A stretch of DNA of 64,000 nt from Bdellovibrionales bacterium (lineage in GTDB: Bacteria; Bdellovibrionota; Bdellovibrionia; Bdellovibrionales; Bdellovibrionaceae): contig JANMPT010000110.1 of the NCBI GenBank assembly GCA_031370005.1, positions 96,001-160,000 of the forward strand, written 5' to 3'. This document shows, piece by piece, positions 1 to 10,259 of the stretch. A program made the translations under genes and the position numbers. The notes beneath the pieces are model-generated. The model did not search any database, had not been told where the DNA came from, and saw only the letters and a list, made by a program, of their open reading frames with translations. How positions within the stretch are numbered: position 1 is the first letter of the stretch; every line of letters begins with the position of its first letter.

Positions 1-1
1 T

Positions 2-1324
2 CTGTCTGATAAAATTATGACAAGTCTTAAAAAGGTTCGTGGTCAAAATAAGATCTCCGAATCTAATATTGAAGAGGCAATCAAAGAAATTCGCTTAGGT
101 CTACTTGAGGCGGATGTGAATTTTAAGGTTGTAAAATCCTTTATTGATAAGGTTAAAGCAAAAGCTCTAGGCCAAGAGGTTCTTGCAAATGTTAATCCAG
201 GTCAACAGTTCGTAAAAATCGTTCACGATGAACTCGTTGATATTTTAGGCGGCGACGCTGTTGATATTAACGTGCGTGAAAATCCCAGCGTAATTTTTAT
301 GGTGGGTCTGCAAGGAGCAGGCAAAACAACAACTGCAGCAAAACTCAGCTTGTTTATTCGTCAAAAGCTTGGAAAAAAACCAGGCTTGGTCCCTGCAGAT
401 GTCTACCGTCCAGCAGCTATAGATCAATTACAGACTCTGGCGAATCAAAATAGCATTCCCTGTTTCCCAGCCCGCAAAGATCAAAAACCAGAAGAAATAT
501 TGGAGCAGGCAAAGAAATGGGCCCGTGACAATATGATTGAGGTCGTCCTTGTTGATACTGCTGGTCGCCTGCAAATTGACGATCAACTGATGACGGAGCT
601 TCAGAATCTCAAGCAGATCTGGGCTCCACAAGAGGTTCTTTTGATTGCAGACGCGATGCTAGGTCAACAATCCGTGAATGTCGCTGAAGGTTTCCATCAA
701 CGACTAGGACTGACGGGTTTGGTTTTAACTAAAGTGGATGGGGATGCTCGCGGTGGTGCGGCTTTAAGTATTCGTGAGGTTACAGGAATTCCTATTAAGT
801 TCCTCGGAGTCGGCGAAAAGGTTGCTGCACTTGAGGTCTTCCATCCTGATCGTTTGGCTTCGCGTATTCTTGATATGGGCGACGTTTTAACTTTGGTCGA
901 GAGAGCACAAGAGGTGATCGACGAAAAGTCGGCCCGGGAGAGTGCTCGGAAGATGGCAAAGAATGAGTTCGATCTCGAAGATTTCTTGAGCCAGATTCAG
1001 CAATTGAAAAAGCTGGGTGGAATGGAAGGTCTTTTGAAATTTTTACCTGGAATGGGTGGTCTTTCAAAGCAACTGAAGAATATGACCCCGCCAGATCAGG
1101 AGATTAAAAAACTCGAGGCGATCATCCGTTCGATGACTCACCAAGAACGGAAAAACCATAAGATTCTAAATGCTTCGCGTCGGCAAAGAATTGCAAGTGG
1201 AAGTGGTACCCAGGTGCAGGATGTGAATAAGCTCATAAAGCAATTTGAGGATGCCAAGAAGATGATGAGCGGCTTGATGAAGAGTGGAATGGGTCGTGGG
1301 GGCGGGATGAAGCTCCCATTTTAA
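2..1324 (+). CDS. ffh: Signal recognition particle protein Ffh (5' end truncated by window edge)
   Basis: LLEADV, GLQGAGKTT, DVYRPAA, DTAGR, TKVDGDARGGAALS motifs and Met-rich M domain; frame is open upstream of ATG 17 to the window edge (LSDKI-M). Confidence 0.98.
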   Translation: MSDKIMTSLKKVRGQNKISESNIEEAIKEIRLGLLEADVNFKVVKSFIDKVKAKALGQEVLANVNPGQQFVKIVHDELVDILGGDAVDINVRENPSVIFMVGLQGAGKTTTAAKLSLFIRQKLGKKPGLVPADVYRPAAIDQLQTLANQNSIPCFPARKDQKPEEILEQAKKWARDNMIEVVLVDTAGRLQIDDQLMTELQNLKQIWAPQEVLLIADAMLGQQSVNVAEGFHQRLGLTGLVLTKVDGDARGGAALSIREVTGIPIKFLGVGEKVAALEVFHPDRLASRILDMGDVLTLVERAQEVIDEKSARESARKMAKNEFDLEDFLSQIQQLKKLGGMEGLLKFLPGMGGLSKQLKNMTPPDQEIKKLEAIIRSMTHQERKNHKILNASRRQRIASGSGTQVQDVNKLIKQFEDAKKMMSGLMKSGMGRGGGMKLPF

Positions 1325-1440
1325 ACTTGATCTCCTTTTACAAAAAAGGTAAACCTGACGACTTGTTATTGTTTTTTTTATAAAACTTTGCTAAATATTT
1401 AGCTGTTTAAACTGTTTAATATAGTTGATAAGAGGATTTC

Positions 1441-1692
1441 ATGGCAGTTGTTATTCGTTTGGCTCGAACTGGAACAAAGCACACCCCTAAATACCGTATC
1501 ACTGTGGCAGATTCTCGCCGCTATGTTACTGGTAAGCATTTGGAAGTAATTGGTACTTACATTCCAACACCAAAAGGTGCTGACCAAAAAGTTAAAATTG
1601 ACTTAGATAAGTACAATGAGTGGATCAAAAAAGGCGCACAAGCTTCAGACCGTGTAAAGCACGTGGTGAAGCTTGCCCAGGCTGCAAAATAA
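1441..1692 (+). CDS. rpsP: 30S ribosomal protein S16
   Basis: MAVVIRLAR..PKYRITVADSR..GAQASDRV signature; follows ffh. Confidence 0.97.
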   Translation: MAVVIRLARTGTKHTPKYRITVADSRRYVTGKHLEVIGTYIPTPKGADQKVKIDLDKYNEWIKKGAQASDRVKHVVKLAQAAK

Positions 1693-1760
1693 TTAAAAAA
1701 TAACCAGGTCCCATTAAGGGGCTTGGATCGCTATTGCGGACACATGATGTGGAGGAACTC

Positions 1761-2000
1761 ATGGAAAATCTAAAAGACCTCGTTGAATTTATGGCGAAAT
1801 CTTTGGTTGATAAACCAGAGCACGTTGAAGTTGACGAGATCCCGGGGCAGCAAACAACTTTGTTGGCCCTAAAAGTCGATAAAGAGGATTTGGGTAAGGT
1901 TATCGGCAAGCAAGGTAAAACTGCAGCTGCAATGAGAACTATCATTCGCGCAGCAGGTACCAAGCTGAATAAGCGTTACCACCTTGACATCGTTGAGTAG
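1761..2000 (+). CDS. khpA: KH domain RNA-binding protein KhpA
   Basis: LVDKPEHV..DLGKVIGKQGKTAAAMRT KH motif; GGAGG SD before ATG 1761. Confidence 0.93.
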   Translation: MENLKDLVEFMAKSLVDKPEHVEVDEIPGQQTTLLALKVDKEDLGKVIGKQGKTAAAMRTIIRAAGTKLNKRYHLDIVE

Positions 2001-2032
2001 CATTTAGTTTTTGCACAAGTGTTTAGATTAAG

Positions 2033-2058
2033 AATAGGGGCTTAAAGGCCCCTATTTC
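2033..2058 (+). terminator. Hairpin after khpA (possible intrinsic terminator or processing stem)
   Basis: AATAGGGGC-TTAAAG-GCCCCTATT inverted repeat with a short T tail. Confidence 0.6.
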
Positions 2059-2128
2059 ATTTTAAAATTATTTCGAAAATATATTTCGAATATTGCGAGC
2101 ACATAAAAGACATGGCATTAAGGTTTCT

Positions 2129-2650
2129 ATGGCAATGAAGTTGGTTGGAAAAGTTAAAGATGCCCATGGTCTTAGGGGTGAACTCTATATTTTTGTTTTT
2201 TCAGGCGAAGTTTCTTGGTTTAAAAAACTCAAGGATTTCGAACTACGCTCACCTAAAACGGGTGAAGTAACTTCTTATACAGTAGAAAAAATGAAACCTT
2301 TTAAGCAAGGTCTAATTGTTAAAATACCCATGATGACGGATCGTAGTGCAGCTGAAGCAGTTAAAGGTTTTGAATTCTTAATTCCAGCCGATATTTTTGT
2401 TTCTAAACCAGGTGAAACAATTTTTTTGAGTGAAATCATGGGATTTATGGTGAAAAATCTTGCTCAGAGCAACATTGGTCCGATCAAAGGTTTTTCCTCT
2501 AATGGGGCGCAGGATCTTCTTGTGGTAGAAACTGCCAAGGGTTCTGTTGAAATCCCATTTGTGGAAGCTTTTATAAAAAAAATCGATTTTAGACACAATA
2601 CTGTCGTTATGGACTTACCAGATGGCCTTTTGGATCTTGAGAGTTTGTAG
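2129..2650 (+). CDS. rimM: Ribosome maturation factor RimM
   Basis: [14 protein letters not shown]-terminus, PRC-barrel [19 protein letters not shown] end; start could be 2129 or 2135. Confidence 0.95.
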   Translation: MAMKLVGKVKDAHGLRGELYIFVFSGEVSWFKKLKDFELRSPKTGEVTSYTVEKMKPFKQGLIVKIPMMTDRSAAEAVKGFEFLIPADIFVSKPGETIFLSEIMGFMVKNLAQSNIGPIKGFSSNGAQDLLVVETAKGSVEIPFVEAFIKKIDFRHNTVVMDLPDGLLDLESL

Positions 2651-3444
2651 TGGCTTTTCACTTTCAGGTGATCACGATTTTTCCAGAAATGATTCAGGCT
2701 GCGATGTCAGCTGGTGTGTTTTCCCAGGCTCAGAAGAGTTCATTGCTGGTGCTTTCCTGTTTAAATCCTCGAGATTTTACCTCTGATACCCATCACACAG
2801 TGGATGACCGGCCCTTTGGAGGCGGTGATGGCATGATTATGTTGTCTGAGCCATTGGAAAAATCCATTGCTATTGCTAAGTCAGCACAGCCGGACTCAAG
2901 AATTATTTATCTTTCGCCCCAGGGGAAAGCTCTGACTCATCAAAAGGCTCGGGCCCTATCTCAAGAGCCTGGTTTGATTTTACTCTGTGGCCGCTATGGT
3001 GGGATTGATCAGCGCGTGATCAACCAAGCTGTGGACGAAGAGATTTCCACCGGGGATTATGTGATCTCAGGCGGAGAGCTTGCCGCCTGTGTGCTAATGG
3101 ATGCAGTTTCCAGATTTATTCCTGGGGTTCTTGGTCATCATGAATCTGTTGATAATGATAGTTTTGCAGACGGACTTTTAGAGCATCCAAATTTTACTCG
3201 TCCGCGGAATTACAGGGGACAGAACGTTCCCGAGGTTCTGTTGGGTGGGAACCATAAAAAGATTAATGAGTGGAAGCACTTGGTATCTTACTTGGTGACT
3301 TTACAAAAACGCCCAGATTTAATTCCAAAAAGTAAGACTTATCCAAGCCTTAAAGCGGCACATACACTTTGGCTGTCTTTAACAGAGGAAGAGCGAATGA
3401 CTTTAGGGCTTACCGCACTGAGGGAAGAAGATTTTCATGAGTGA
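2650..3444 (+). CDS. trmD: tRNA (guanine37-N1)-methyltransferase TrmD
   Basis: [50 protein letters not shown] motifs. Confidence 0.97.
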   Translation: MAFHFQVITIFPEMIQAAMSAGVFSQAQKSSLLVLSCLNPRDFTSDTHHTVDDRPFGGGDGMIMLSEPLEKSIAIAKSAQPDSRIIYLSPQGKALTHQKARALSQEPGLILLCGRYGGIDQRVINQAVDEEISTGDYVISGGELAACVLMDAVSRFIPGVLGHHESVDNDSFADGLLEHPNFTRPRNYRGQNVPEVLLGGNHKKINEWKHLVSYLVTLQKRPDLIPKSKTYPSLKAAHTLWLSLTEEERMTLGLTALREEDFHE

Positions 3445-4021
3445 GATATCTAGCTACGTGCCTCGTCTTGCGATTGGCCTCCTCCATTATCCAATTTTAG
3501 ATAAAGAGAAAAAAATCGTTTCGACAAATATCACGAATTTCGATATCCACGACATTGCCCGCGCATCGCGAATGTACTCAGTTGAGAGTTACTATCTGAT
3601 TCATCCCATGCAAGAGCAGCTGATGTTTGTTGAAAGGGTTTTGGATCACTGGAGGGCGGGTCAGGGGGCGAAGTTCAACCCCTCTCGTAAAACAGCTTTA
3701 TCAAAGGTTAAAACCGCAGAAAGTTTTGAGGCGGCATTTAAGGATTGGGGAGTCTCTGATGCAATAAGGGTCGCCACCCATGCCCGTCCCATTGAGGGGG
3801 TTGAGACTTTGAGTTTTCGAGGCCTGCGTAAAAAGATGTATGATGAAAAAAGCCCCTGTTTTCTGCTATTTGGAACAGGATATGGATTGACTGAGGATTT
3901 CATGAAGTCGTGCTCAGCGATTTTAGAACCTATAAAAGGAGCTCCTCCGGATGATTTTCGCCATCTTTCTGTCCGATCTGCCGTCAGTATCTGTCTTGAC
4001 CGTATTATGGGGTCATGGTAG
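3437..4021 (+). CDS. SPOUT-class RNA methyltransferase (Tm1570/DUF2168-like)
   Basis: [20 protein letters not shown] and [27 protein letters not shown] knot motifs; overlaps the trmD stop. Confidence 0.88.
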   Translation: MSEISSYVPRLAIGLLHYPILDKEKKIVSTNITNFDIHDIARASRMYSVESYYLIHPMQEQLMFVERVLDHWRAGQGAKFNPSRKTALSKVKTAESFEAAFKDWGVSDAIRVATHARPIEGVETLSFRGLRKKMYDEKSPCFLLFGTGYGLTEDFMKSCSAILEPIKGAPPDDFRHLSVRSAVSICLDRIMGSW

Positions 4022-4066
4022 TTACTTTCTTTACTTTTATATCTATGTATATTTATGGGGAAAAAA

Positions 4067-4483
4067 ATGGCTAAAGCTGCAAAAAAAACGACAACAAAAG
4101 CTGTTGCTAAAGAGACAAACCTCGTTCGCCGCGTAACTCAACGTGCGGCTAACAAAAGCATTAATTCATTTAAGTCTGGTGACACAGTGAATGTGTATGT
4201 AAAAATAAAAGAGGGCGAAAAAGAACGCATTCAGCTTTATAAAGGGATTGTTACCAAGATCCAAGGGAATGGCGTCGCGAAGTCTTTTACGGTTCGTAAA
4301 ATTTCTGCAGGTGTGGGAGTTGAGAGAACATTTCCATTTGTAAGCCCTGCTATTGATCGTGTTGAAACGCTTGCTCACGGCAAGGTGCGTCGCGCTAAGC
4401 TGTATTTTTTAAGAAATCTTGATGGCAAGGCAGCTAAGATTACCTCTGAAATTGCAACTAAAGAATCTGTAGCGGCTGAGTAG
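4067..4483 (+). CDS. rplS: 50S ribosomal protein L19
   Basis: [43 protein letters not shown]; start 4055 or 4067. Confidence 0.97.
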   Translation: MAKAAKKTTTKAVAKETNLVRRVTQRAANKSINSFKSGDTVNVYVKIKEGEKERIQLYKGIVTKIQGNGVAKSFTVRKISAGVGVERTFPFVSPAIDRVETLAHGKVRRAKLYFLRNLDGKAAKITSEIATKESVAAE

Positions 4484-4492
4484 TCTTACGAA

Positions 4493-5128
4493 ATGAAGTC
4501 ATTTGCCAATCATTTGCAGCCTATCGATTGGCGAAGCTTTTCTTCAAAAAATCCTAAATGTTTAATAATCGGTGTCGATGAGGTCGGAAGAGGTTGTCTT
4601 GCTGGCCCAGTTTATGCGGCCGCTGTTTCATTTAATTCTGACATTTTATCCGACCTAGTAACTGATTCGAAGCTCCTGTCCGAAAAGCGTCGCGATCGGC
4701 TTGCCATTGAAATTAAAAAGTATCACCAGATTGGTTTGGGTTTTGCTACTGTCGAGGAGATTGACGAGCTTAATATTCTTCAGGCCTCTTTGCTAGCAAT
4801 GAAGCGGGCCGTGGAAAATCTCGGAGCGACTTCAGGTCATTTATTGATTGATGGAAATAAATCGATTCCAGGAATGTCTTCGAAGTTTAAACAGACCACG
4901 ATTGTAAAAGGCGATCTTAGAGTTTCCCTGATTTCCGCAGCTTCAATTGTCGCGAAGGTCACACGTGATCAGTTGATGAAGGAGTTGGGCATTCAATTTC
5001 CTGTCTATGGATTCGAAACGCATAAAGGCTACTCAACGGCCGCTCATAAAAAAAACATTGCAGACCACGGGCCCTGTATTTGGCACCGCAGGTCCTTTGC
5101 AGGGGTCAAAGAGCACCTCTCTTTGTAA
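4493..5128 (+). CDS. rnhB: Ribonuclease HII
   Basis: [44 protein letters not shown]. Confidence 0.97.
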   Translation: MKSFANHLQPIDWRSFSSKNPKCLIIGVDEVGRGCLAGPVYAAAVSFNSDILSDLVTDSKLLSEKRRDRLAIEIKKYHQIGLGFATVEEIDELNILQASLLAMKRAVENLGATSGHLLIDGNKSIPGMSSKFKQTTIVKGDLRVSLISAASIVAKVTRDQLMKELGIQFPVYGFETHKGYSTAAHKKNIADHGPCIWHRRSFAGVKEHLSL

Positions 5129-5450
5129 GGCGCATGCTCAAGGTGAGTGGGCTGAGCAAAAGGTATCCGACTATTTTCTCAGAAGATCATTTCGAATTTT
5201 AAAAAAACGATGGCGAACTGTTTATGCGGAAATAGACTTGATTATAGAAAGCCCCTCTCGTGAGATTTGGATTATTGAAATAAAAAGTCTAAGCCACTTT
5301 GATTTTATCGATGTGCGGGTTTCTAGAAAGCAAAAAGAGCGTCTCAAGCGCGCTCACCTATTTATACAAAGCAATACATCAAAACAAGTCAGGCTTGCTC
5401 TAGCATTCGTAGATAAGAAAGGGGAGATTCTCATTTTTGATGAGTTCTAA
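5007..5450 (+). CDS. YraN (UPF0102) family PD-(D/E)XK nuclease-like protein; start uncertain
   Basis: G..AE...YF....F.IL..RWR....EIDLI....IIEIKS pattern; usual position after rnhB. Confidence 0.8.
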   Translation: MDSKRIKATQRPLIKKTLQTTGPVFGTAGPLQGSKSTSLCKAHAQGEWAEQKVSDYFLRRSFRILKKRWRTVYAEIDLIIESPSREIWIIEIKSLSHFDFIDVRVSRKQKERLKRAHLFIQSNTSKQVRLALAFVDKKGEILIFDEF

Positions 5451-7858
5451 AACCCGTATTGATCAAGGGTTTCCGGCGGCAGTGGTGGTTTTGGGATACC
5501 ATCGAAACTAAAGACAAAGTCGACAAATGTTTTGGTATTTCCATCCGTAGGTAGGTACTGTATTACATTGATCGCCCAACAATCCCCAGGCGGTTTTATT
5601 TGTGCAACGTAGGCCCATGCTTTAATTTTATCATGGGAAGGGGTGTTTGCCCAGTTTGCGTCGTAGACAAACTTTCCCATTAGGTTGAGATAACTGCCTG
5701 TAACTCCAGCGGCAAAAGTATAGTCTTCAACACGGCTATTGGGGTCGACATCGACTCCTGGCGTGATTTTGTATGTCTTGGTGAGCGCTACTTGAAAAAA
5801 CTGACTATAGTCGTTACTGAGGCGAACCCGTGAAGAAATATTTGTAACATTTTGCTGGGGAATATAGTTGAGTGTCGTATAGGTTTGGAAGTGCCCCAAG
5901 CGCACATCCAAAATCGCAGTTATATCAGACCAGGGGTCTCGGGTTGGATTGCGAAGGTTGGCCTGATATGTATCATAAGACTGGAAAATTTTGAGACTAG
6001 CTATCTGTAAATACTCAGGGATATCTCCAACCCATTTTTTCTGCACGAGTTTATTGTTCAAAACAAAAGTAACCTGACCACGCTCATAGATACGATCATT
6101 GTAATCGAATTGTACGCTGCTTGGGCTTGAGACATCCGAATCTGTTAGATAATCTGAGTAGTAAAAGGTTCCATCTGGATCAGCTCCGCTTCCGAAGAAA
6201 GGATGATTCGGGTGCTCGAGCCAAGGAATCGTAGTAGCTACTACCTCTGGAATAATTTCATGTTTATATTTATTTGATTTTGGTGTTTCATTAGAGGCAA
6301 AAATGCGACTCACTGAGGTTTTTGCTCCCAGTGTAGCGCGCACATAGCGGCGTCTGTTGCTGAGACTCTCTCCTGCACTAAATTGGTAATCCGTTTCTCT
6401 ATAAGAAAGTGCAGGAAGAATATTTAAATAATCCCCAACATTGAGAGGACGAGTGATCGTTCCAGACATATCAATACGTTGACCTGTGCGGAGCAAATCA
6501 TTGGTTGAATCGTACTGCCCATCATGCAGAAGGTGACAGTTTGGAAGTTGATCGTATTTAGGATCACTGCAGGTATTCTTTTCGAAGCGAACGCCATTGG
6601 TGGTTTGCATATTATCAAAAGACTGACCAGATCTACTGAAGTTTACGTAGTCGAGATTGTAGTCATAAATAAATTGGGAATTGCGTATTTTTTGCTTTGT
6701 TTGGGAAAAACGAATTTCGGGCAGCCGATGAACCGTATTGGTGTTGGAGGCTAGTGGGTCGGACTGCAGAAGATTCACATAGTAAGAAGTATCAACGCTA
6801 AAATGCTGATCAAAATTATTTTTAGTTAGTGAAACTCGATTATCCATCGCAGGATCGCCGTGATTCAGTGTCTCCTCGGGGAAGTCCTTAGGATACTGTA
6901 AATCACTTGCCATATTGATTTGAGCCCTTTGAACATAGCCGTTTGGCATCTCATAGTGGTGATCATATCGGGTATACCAGCGATTGATGTCTTTACCTCT
7001 TTCACTAGAGGCTTCAAAATCAGTCACTCTAGTATCATTTTTGAAAACACGATCTACTAAGGCCGCAGTATTTAAGGTTCCATAGGAATTTTCATTCAAA
7101 ACATAGCGATACTCGGCAGAGCCTTTAAGCCCGCGCTTCTCATAATTGGTGAAAGCAAAGGTTGCATCTGTACTGCGTGAGATGGCCCAGAAGAGGCTTT
7201 CGGAGAACGCGAGACCTCCAGCCTCATCACCTAAGAGGCGAGGGGTTAGAAGCCCTGTTTGGCGATCACTCTTCAGGGGAACAATTAGATAGGGGAGCCA
7301 GAGAACAGGGACCGAGTAGATTTTTAAAAATGAATTTTTGATATATGCATAGCCCCCCAGTTCTGCGCGAATATTGCTACCAGAAAAACCCCAGGTCGCA
7401 GGACAGTTTGCACAAGTGGTATAATCAGCATCAGAGACAAAATACTCATCTTCACTTGCTTTTTGTAAAACAGATCCAGAGAAAACAACGGGGCCAGATT
7501 GAACAAAACCGTTATAAATAATTCCAGTATTGTTTTCATAGTCGAGGGTCGCAGCAGTTCCTTTCACCGTGGTTTTTTGTGAAGCAATTTCTACATGACC
7601 CAAAAGTTCTGCTTGGCGTGTGCGGAAGTTGATTTTAGCCTTGTCGCACTTGATATGTTGAGTTTGAAAGATGATCTGGACATTGCCGTCAAGTTCAATG
7701 AGTTCATTTTCAGTATCCCGGAACATGGTATCAGCATTGAGTAAAATTCCTTGGATTTTTGCAGAAGACTGAGCGAAGGAGGGCTCCGAGCATAGGCATC
7801 CCAAGAGGAAGAGTATTGCTATATATGGAAGGCGGTGCCCAAGCGTATTGTTAGCCAA
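5447..7858 (-). CDS. lptD: LPS-assembly protein LptD
   Basis: Signal peptide, OstA-like N-domain, YTTC..CP..W, VPVLWLPY..P..DRQTGLL.P, long beta-barrel C-terminus. Confidence 0.9.
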   Translation of the reverse strand: MANNTLGHRLPYIAILFLLGCLCSEPSFAQSSAKIQGILLNADTMFRDTENELIELDGNVQIIFQTQHIKCDKAKINFRTRQAELLGHVEIASQKTTVKGTAATLDYENNTGIIYNGFVQSGPVVFSGSVLQKASEDEYFVSDADYTTCANCPATWGFSGSNIRAELGGYAYIKNSFLKIYSVPVLWLPYLIVPLKSDRQTGLLTPRLLGDEAGGLAFSESLFWAISRSTDATFAFTNYEKRGLKGSAEYRYVLNENSYGTLNTAALVDRVFKNDTRVTDFEASSERGKDINRWYTRYDHHYEMPNGYVQRAQINMASDLQYPKDFPEETLNHGDPAMDNRVSLTKNNFDQHFSVDTSYYVNLLQSDPLASNTNTVHRLPEIRFSQTKQKIRNSQFIYDYNLDYVNFSRSGQSFDNMQTTNGVRFEKNTCSDPKYDQLPNCHLLHDGQYDSTNDLLRTGQRIDMSGTITRPLNVGDYLNILPALSYRETDYQFSAGESLSNRRRYVRATLGAKTSVSRIFASNETPKSNKYKHEIIPEVVATTIPWLEHPNHPFFGSGADPDGTFYYSDYLTDSDVSSPSSVQFDYNDRIYERGQVTFVLNNKLVQKKWVGDIPEYLQIASLKIFQSYDTYQANLRNPTRDPWSDITAILDVRLGHFQTYTTLNYIPQQNVTNISSRVRLSNDYSQFFQVALTKTYKITPGVDVDPNSRVEDYTFAAGVTGSYLNLMGKFVYDANWANTPSHDKIKAWAYVAQIKPPGDCWAINVIQYLPTDGNTKTFVDFVFSFDGIPKPPLPPETLDQYGF

Positions 7859-8009
7859 ATAGTTGTTAAATCCGTTTTAGCCTGATGTTAGTCCAAATCA
7901 AATATTAGGTGGCAAAAAGACGATTGTCGAGGTTATTTCTAGTCCATTGCCCTCTACGATAAAGCAAAAGAAATGCCGAAAAAGAAGAACACAGACTGAA
8001 GGGATTTTC

Positions 8010-8360
8010 ATGGAAGCGAAATTCTATAAAGAGGGCGAGATTACAGTTGTCGCATTAAGTGGTCGTCTTGATATTGAAAAGACGTCGGCATTTAGAGCTG
8101 CATGTTTGCAAACTCTAGGGGGAAAGAAAGTAATTTTTTGCATGAAGAACTTGAATTTTGTTGGCTCTACAGGCATTCAAAGTTTTTTCCAAGTTATTCG
8201 TGAGTTCAATCAAACCAAACACTTTAACGCAAGGGTTTCTGAGCTAAATCCTGATTTTTTCAGGTTGTTATCTTTAGTTGGATCTTTGGATTTAGAGATC
8301 TGTGAAAATATGGATGGGGCACTGATGAGTTTTCAGACCCCGACCATTTCTATTATTTAA
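8010..8360 (+). CDS. STAS domain protein (anti-sigma factor antagonist-like)
   Basis: VVALSGRLD..LNFVGSTGI STAS motif; ATG at 8010. Confidence 0.85.
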   Translation: MEAKFYKEGEITVVALSGRLDIEKTSAFRAACLQTLGGKKVIFCMKNLNFVGSTGIQSFFQVIREFNQTKHFNARVSELNPDFFRLLSLVGSLDLEICENMDGALMSFQTPTISII

Positions 8361-9514
8361 GGGTTCTGTTGAATTCTGAGTTCGTTTATTTTTTGACTCA
8401 AGTCGACATTTAATCTCTCAAGAGATTGAACAGCTGACTTGAGCTTTTCAGTTTCCTCTAGCTTAGAGTTCCACATATAGCGCAAGCTGTCTAATTGTTC
8501 GCTGAGGTCTTGTTTTTCTTTTTGGAAAGTTTTGATTTGAGCTTCGTTGTCAATTGCTAAAACTTGAAGGTCAGCATGCTCAATTTCTAAGCGTTGATTA
8601 GTGCGGTGAAGTTCTGAACTCTTTTCTTGAAGACGCAGAATCTCTTGCTCAAGATGGGCTTTAATTTCCTCTTTGGAGCGCTTAATTTCAACCACTTGAT
8701 TCTCGAGTTCGTCCTGTTTTTCAAGAGCTTTATTGAGACGCAGCGCTTTGAGTTCAAGCTCACTATTAAGCTCTTTCAGGTTGCGAAGTTCAACAGATTG
8801 ACTTTCGATCTGTTGTTCATAGTACTGAATCATTTCTTGAGAGTGTTTATCATGAAGTTCAATTTGCATTCGTGAAGCTTTGGTAACTTCCATGATTTGA
8901 TATCGAAGATTACTAAGCTGAGCTTCAGCGTGGGAGTTATCTTGCGTCAGCTGCTGTGTTTTCTCCTCAAGATTACGTGAGTGTTCTTTAAGTTGATGAA
9001 TATAAGGCTTTACTTGAGTTTTAATGCGCTCATGGTACTTGTGATAGCGATCCACCTCCATCACCAGCTTTTCTACTTTGATTTGAAGGGCACTGGCTTT
9101 TTCAAGTTGGATGTCTTTTTCTTTTTCAGCGTGTTGAAGTTTTTGCTTCCAGAGATGGTCTTTTTCTTTGAAAATTAAGATTTGATCGGCCACTGCTGTT
9201 TGAGATAAACGAGCGCTTTGAGCATCTTCTGAGAGTTTTTGGTTTTCATTTTCAAACAGGGCGAGGCGCCGAAGTGCCACTTTAAGGCGAGTTGCTAAGT
9301 CTTCATTTTGAGAAATAAGACTTTCGATACTGGATGATTTTAAGATGTCCTTGGGAAGAAGCGCATAGTTAAACGCAGTGGGCATTTCATCAGGAAGGGG
9401 GGTATTCTCTACACCACGTTGATGACTGCGCTGAGCTAGAGGGCTGGCCTGTGTCGTATCTTCCTCGAAACCTAGGTTCTGTAACTTAATATTTTGAAAA
9501 GACTCAAGGTCCAT
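8357..9514 (-). CDS. Long coiled-coil hypothetical protein
   Basis: 385-aa E/Q/K/L-rich heptad pattern; GGAGGAG SD upstream. Confidence 0.8.
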   Translation of the reverse strand: MDLESFQNIKLQNLGFEEDTTQASPLAQRSHQRGVENTPLPDEMPTAFNYALLPKDILKSSSIESLISQNEDLATRLKVALRRLALFENENQKLSEDAQSARLSQTAVADQILIFKEKDHLWKQKLQHAEKEKDIQLEKASALQIKVEKLVMEVDRYHKYHERIKTQVKPYIHQLKEHSRNLEEKTQQLTQDNSHAEAQLSNLRYQIMEVTKASRMQIELHDKHSQEMIQYYEQQIESQSVELRNLKELNSELELKALRLNKALEKQDELENQVVEIKRSKEEIKAHLEQEILRLQEKSSELHRTNQRLEIEHADLQVLAIDNEAQIKTFQKEKQDLSEQLDSLRYMWNSKLEETEKLKSAVQSLERLNVDLSQKINELRIQQNP

Positions 9515-9653
9515 AGAAACTCCTCCATGAGATCCAAGGCGCGGCCCTTGGTATAGTTTCTCAAAAGATTGAAGAAAATGTCAAAACTTTAGGCTGGCTC
9601 GGGCTGGGAACTGGACTTAGTTCCAGAGCAGAATGAGGACCATTGAGAATGGC

Positions 9654-9680
9654 TAAAGGTCCTGGAAATTAATCCGAAAA
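9654..9680 (+). promoter_or_regulatory. Candidate sigma28 (FliA)-type promoter
   Basis: TAAA-N15-TCCGAAAA versus consensus TAAA-N15-GCCGATAA, ending 9 nt before ATG 9690. Confidence 0.45.
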
Positions 9681-9689
9681 GTAATAGGT

Positions 9690-10259
9690 ATGGCAGTAGT
9701 TCTTCACGAAGATAAGAGCAAAGAAGAGGCTAAGTTGTTTAGCGATACCGGGATTGGGCGCACTGATCTAGGTGAGCCGGACTCTTTGCGCTATCGTGTT
9801 TTGGCCATGGTCTTGGATGAGCGCTACGATGGAGCAATTAATGAGTTGAAGGACTTCATTGAACAGCCGTCAGACTATCCTGATTTCAAAGAACGCACGA
9901 GTAGGCTCATCAATCATAGTATTGATTTGATTTATGCTATTAAGGCAAAGCGAAGTTTTCCTGGAATTTCATCTTTAACGCGTGCAAAGCAGCAAGAGCT
10001 TCGTGAAAAATTCAAAGTGCACCTCAGAGAGCTTCAGCTTTCGATTAAAAAGATTGAAAAAAATCTGACTGATCTCCGGGTTTCTGATGCCCGATCGACG
10101 ATTTATGTAGTGAAGGCCACGTGGTACTCTATCGTTGCTATTACAGCTTTGGGATTTGCTTTGGAAATTTCAAATGGTCTTGCGAAGACCACTTTTTATG
10201 TTCTTGATGATACAATCACTAGAACTAGCGATTGGCTACTTCGTCTCATTAATCTTTAG
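9690..10259 (+). CDS. Hypothetical protein with a C-terminal TM helix
   Basis: 189-aa ORF, helical, with one hydrophobic segment near the C-terminus. Confidence 0.75.
   Translation: MAVVLHEDKSKEEAKLFSDTGIGRTDLGEPDSLRYRVLAMVLDERYDGAINELKDFIEQPSDYPDFKERTSRLINHSIDLIYAIKAKRSFPGISSLTRAKQQELREKFKVHLRELQLSIKKIEKNLTDLRVSDARSTIYVVKATWYSIVAITALGFALEISNGLAKTTFYVLDDTITRTSDWLLRLINL

Noticed and set aside
7947..7985. Sigma28 promoter before the STAS gene
   Set aside because: GCCGAAAA is present but TAAA is only 11 nt upstream, which is the wrong spacing.
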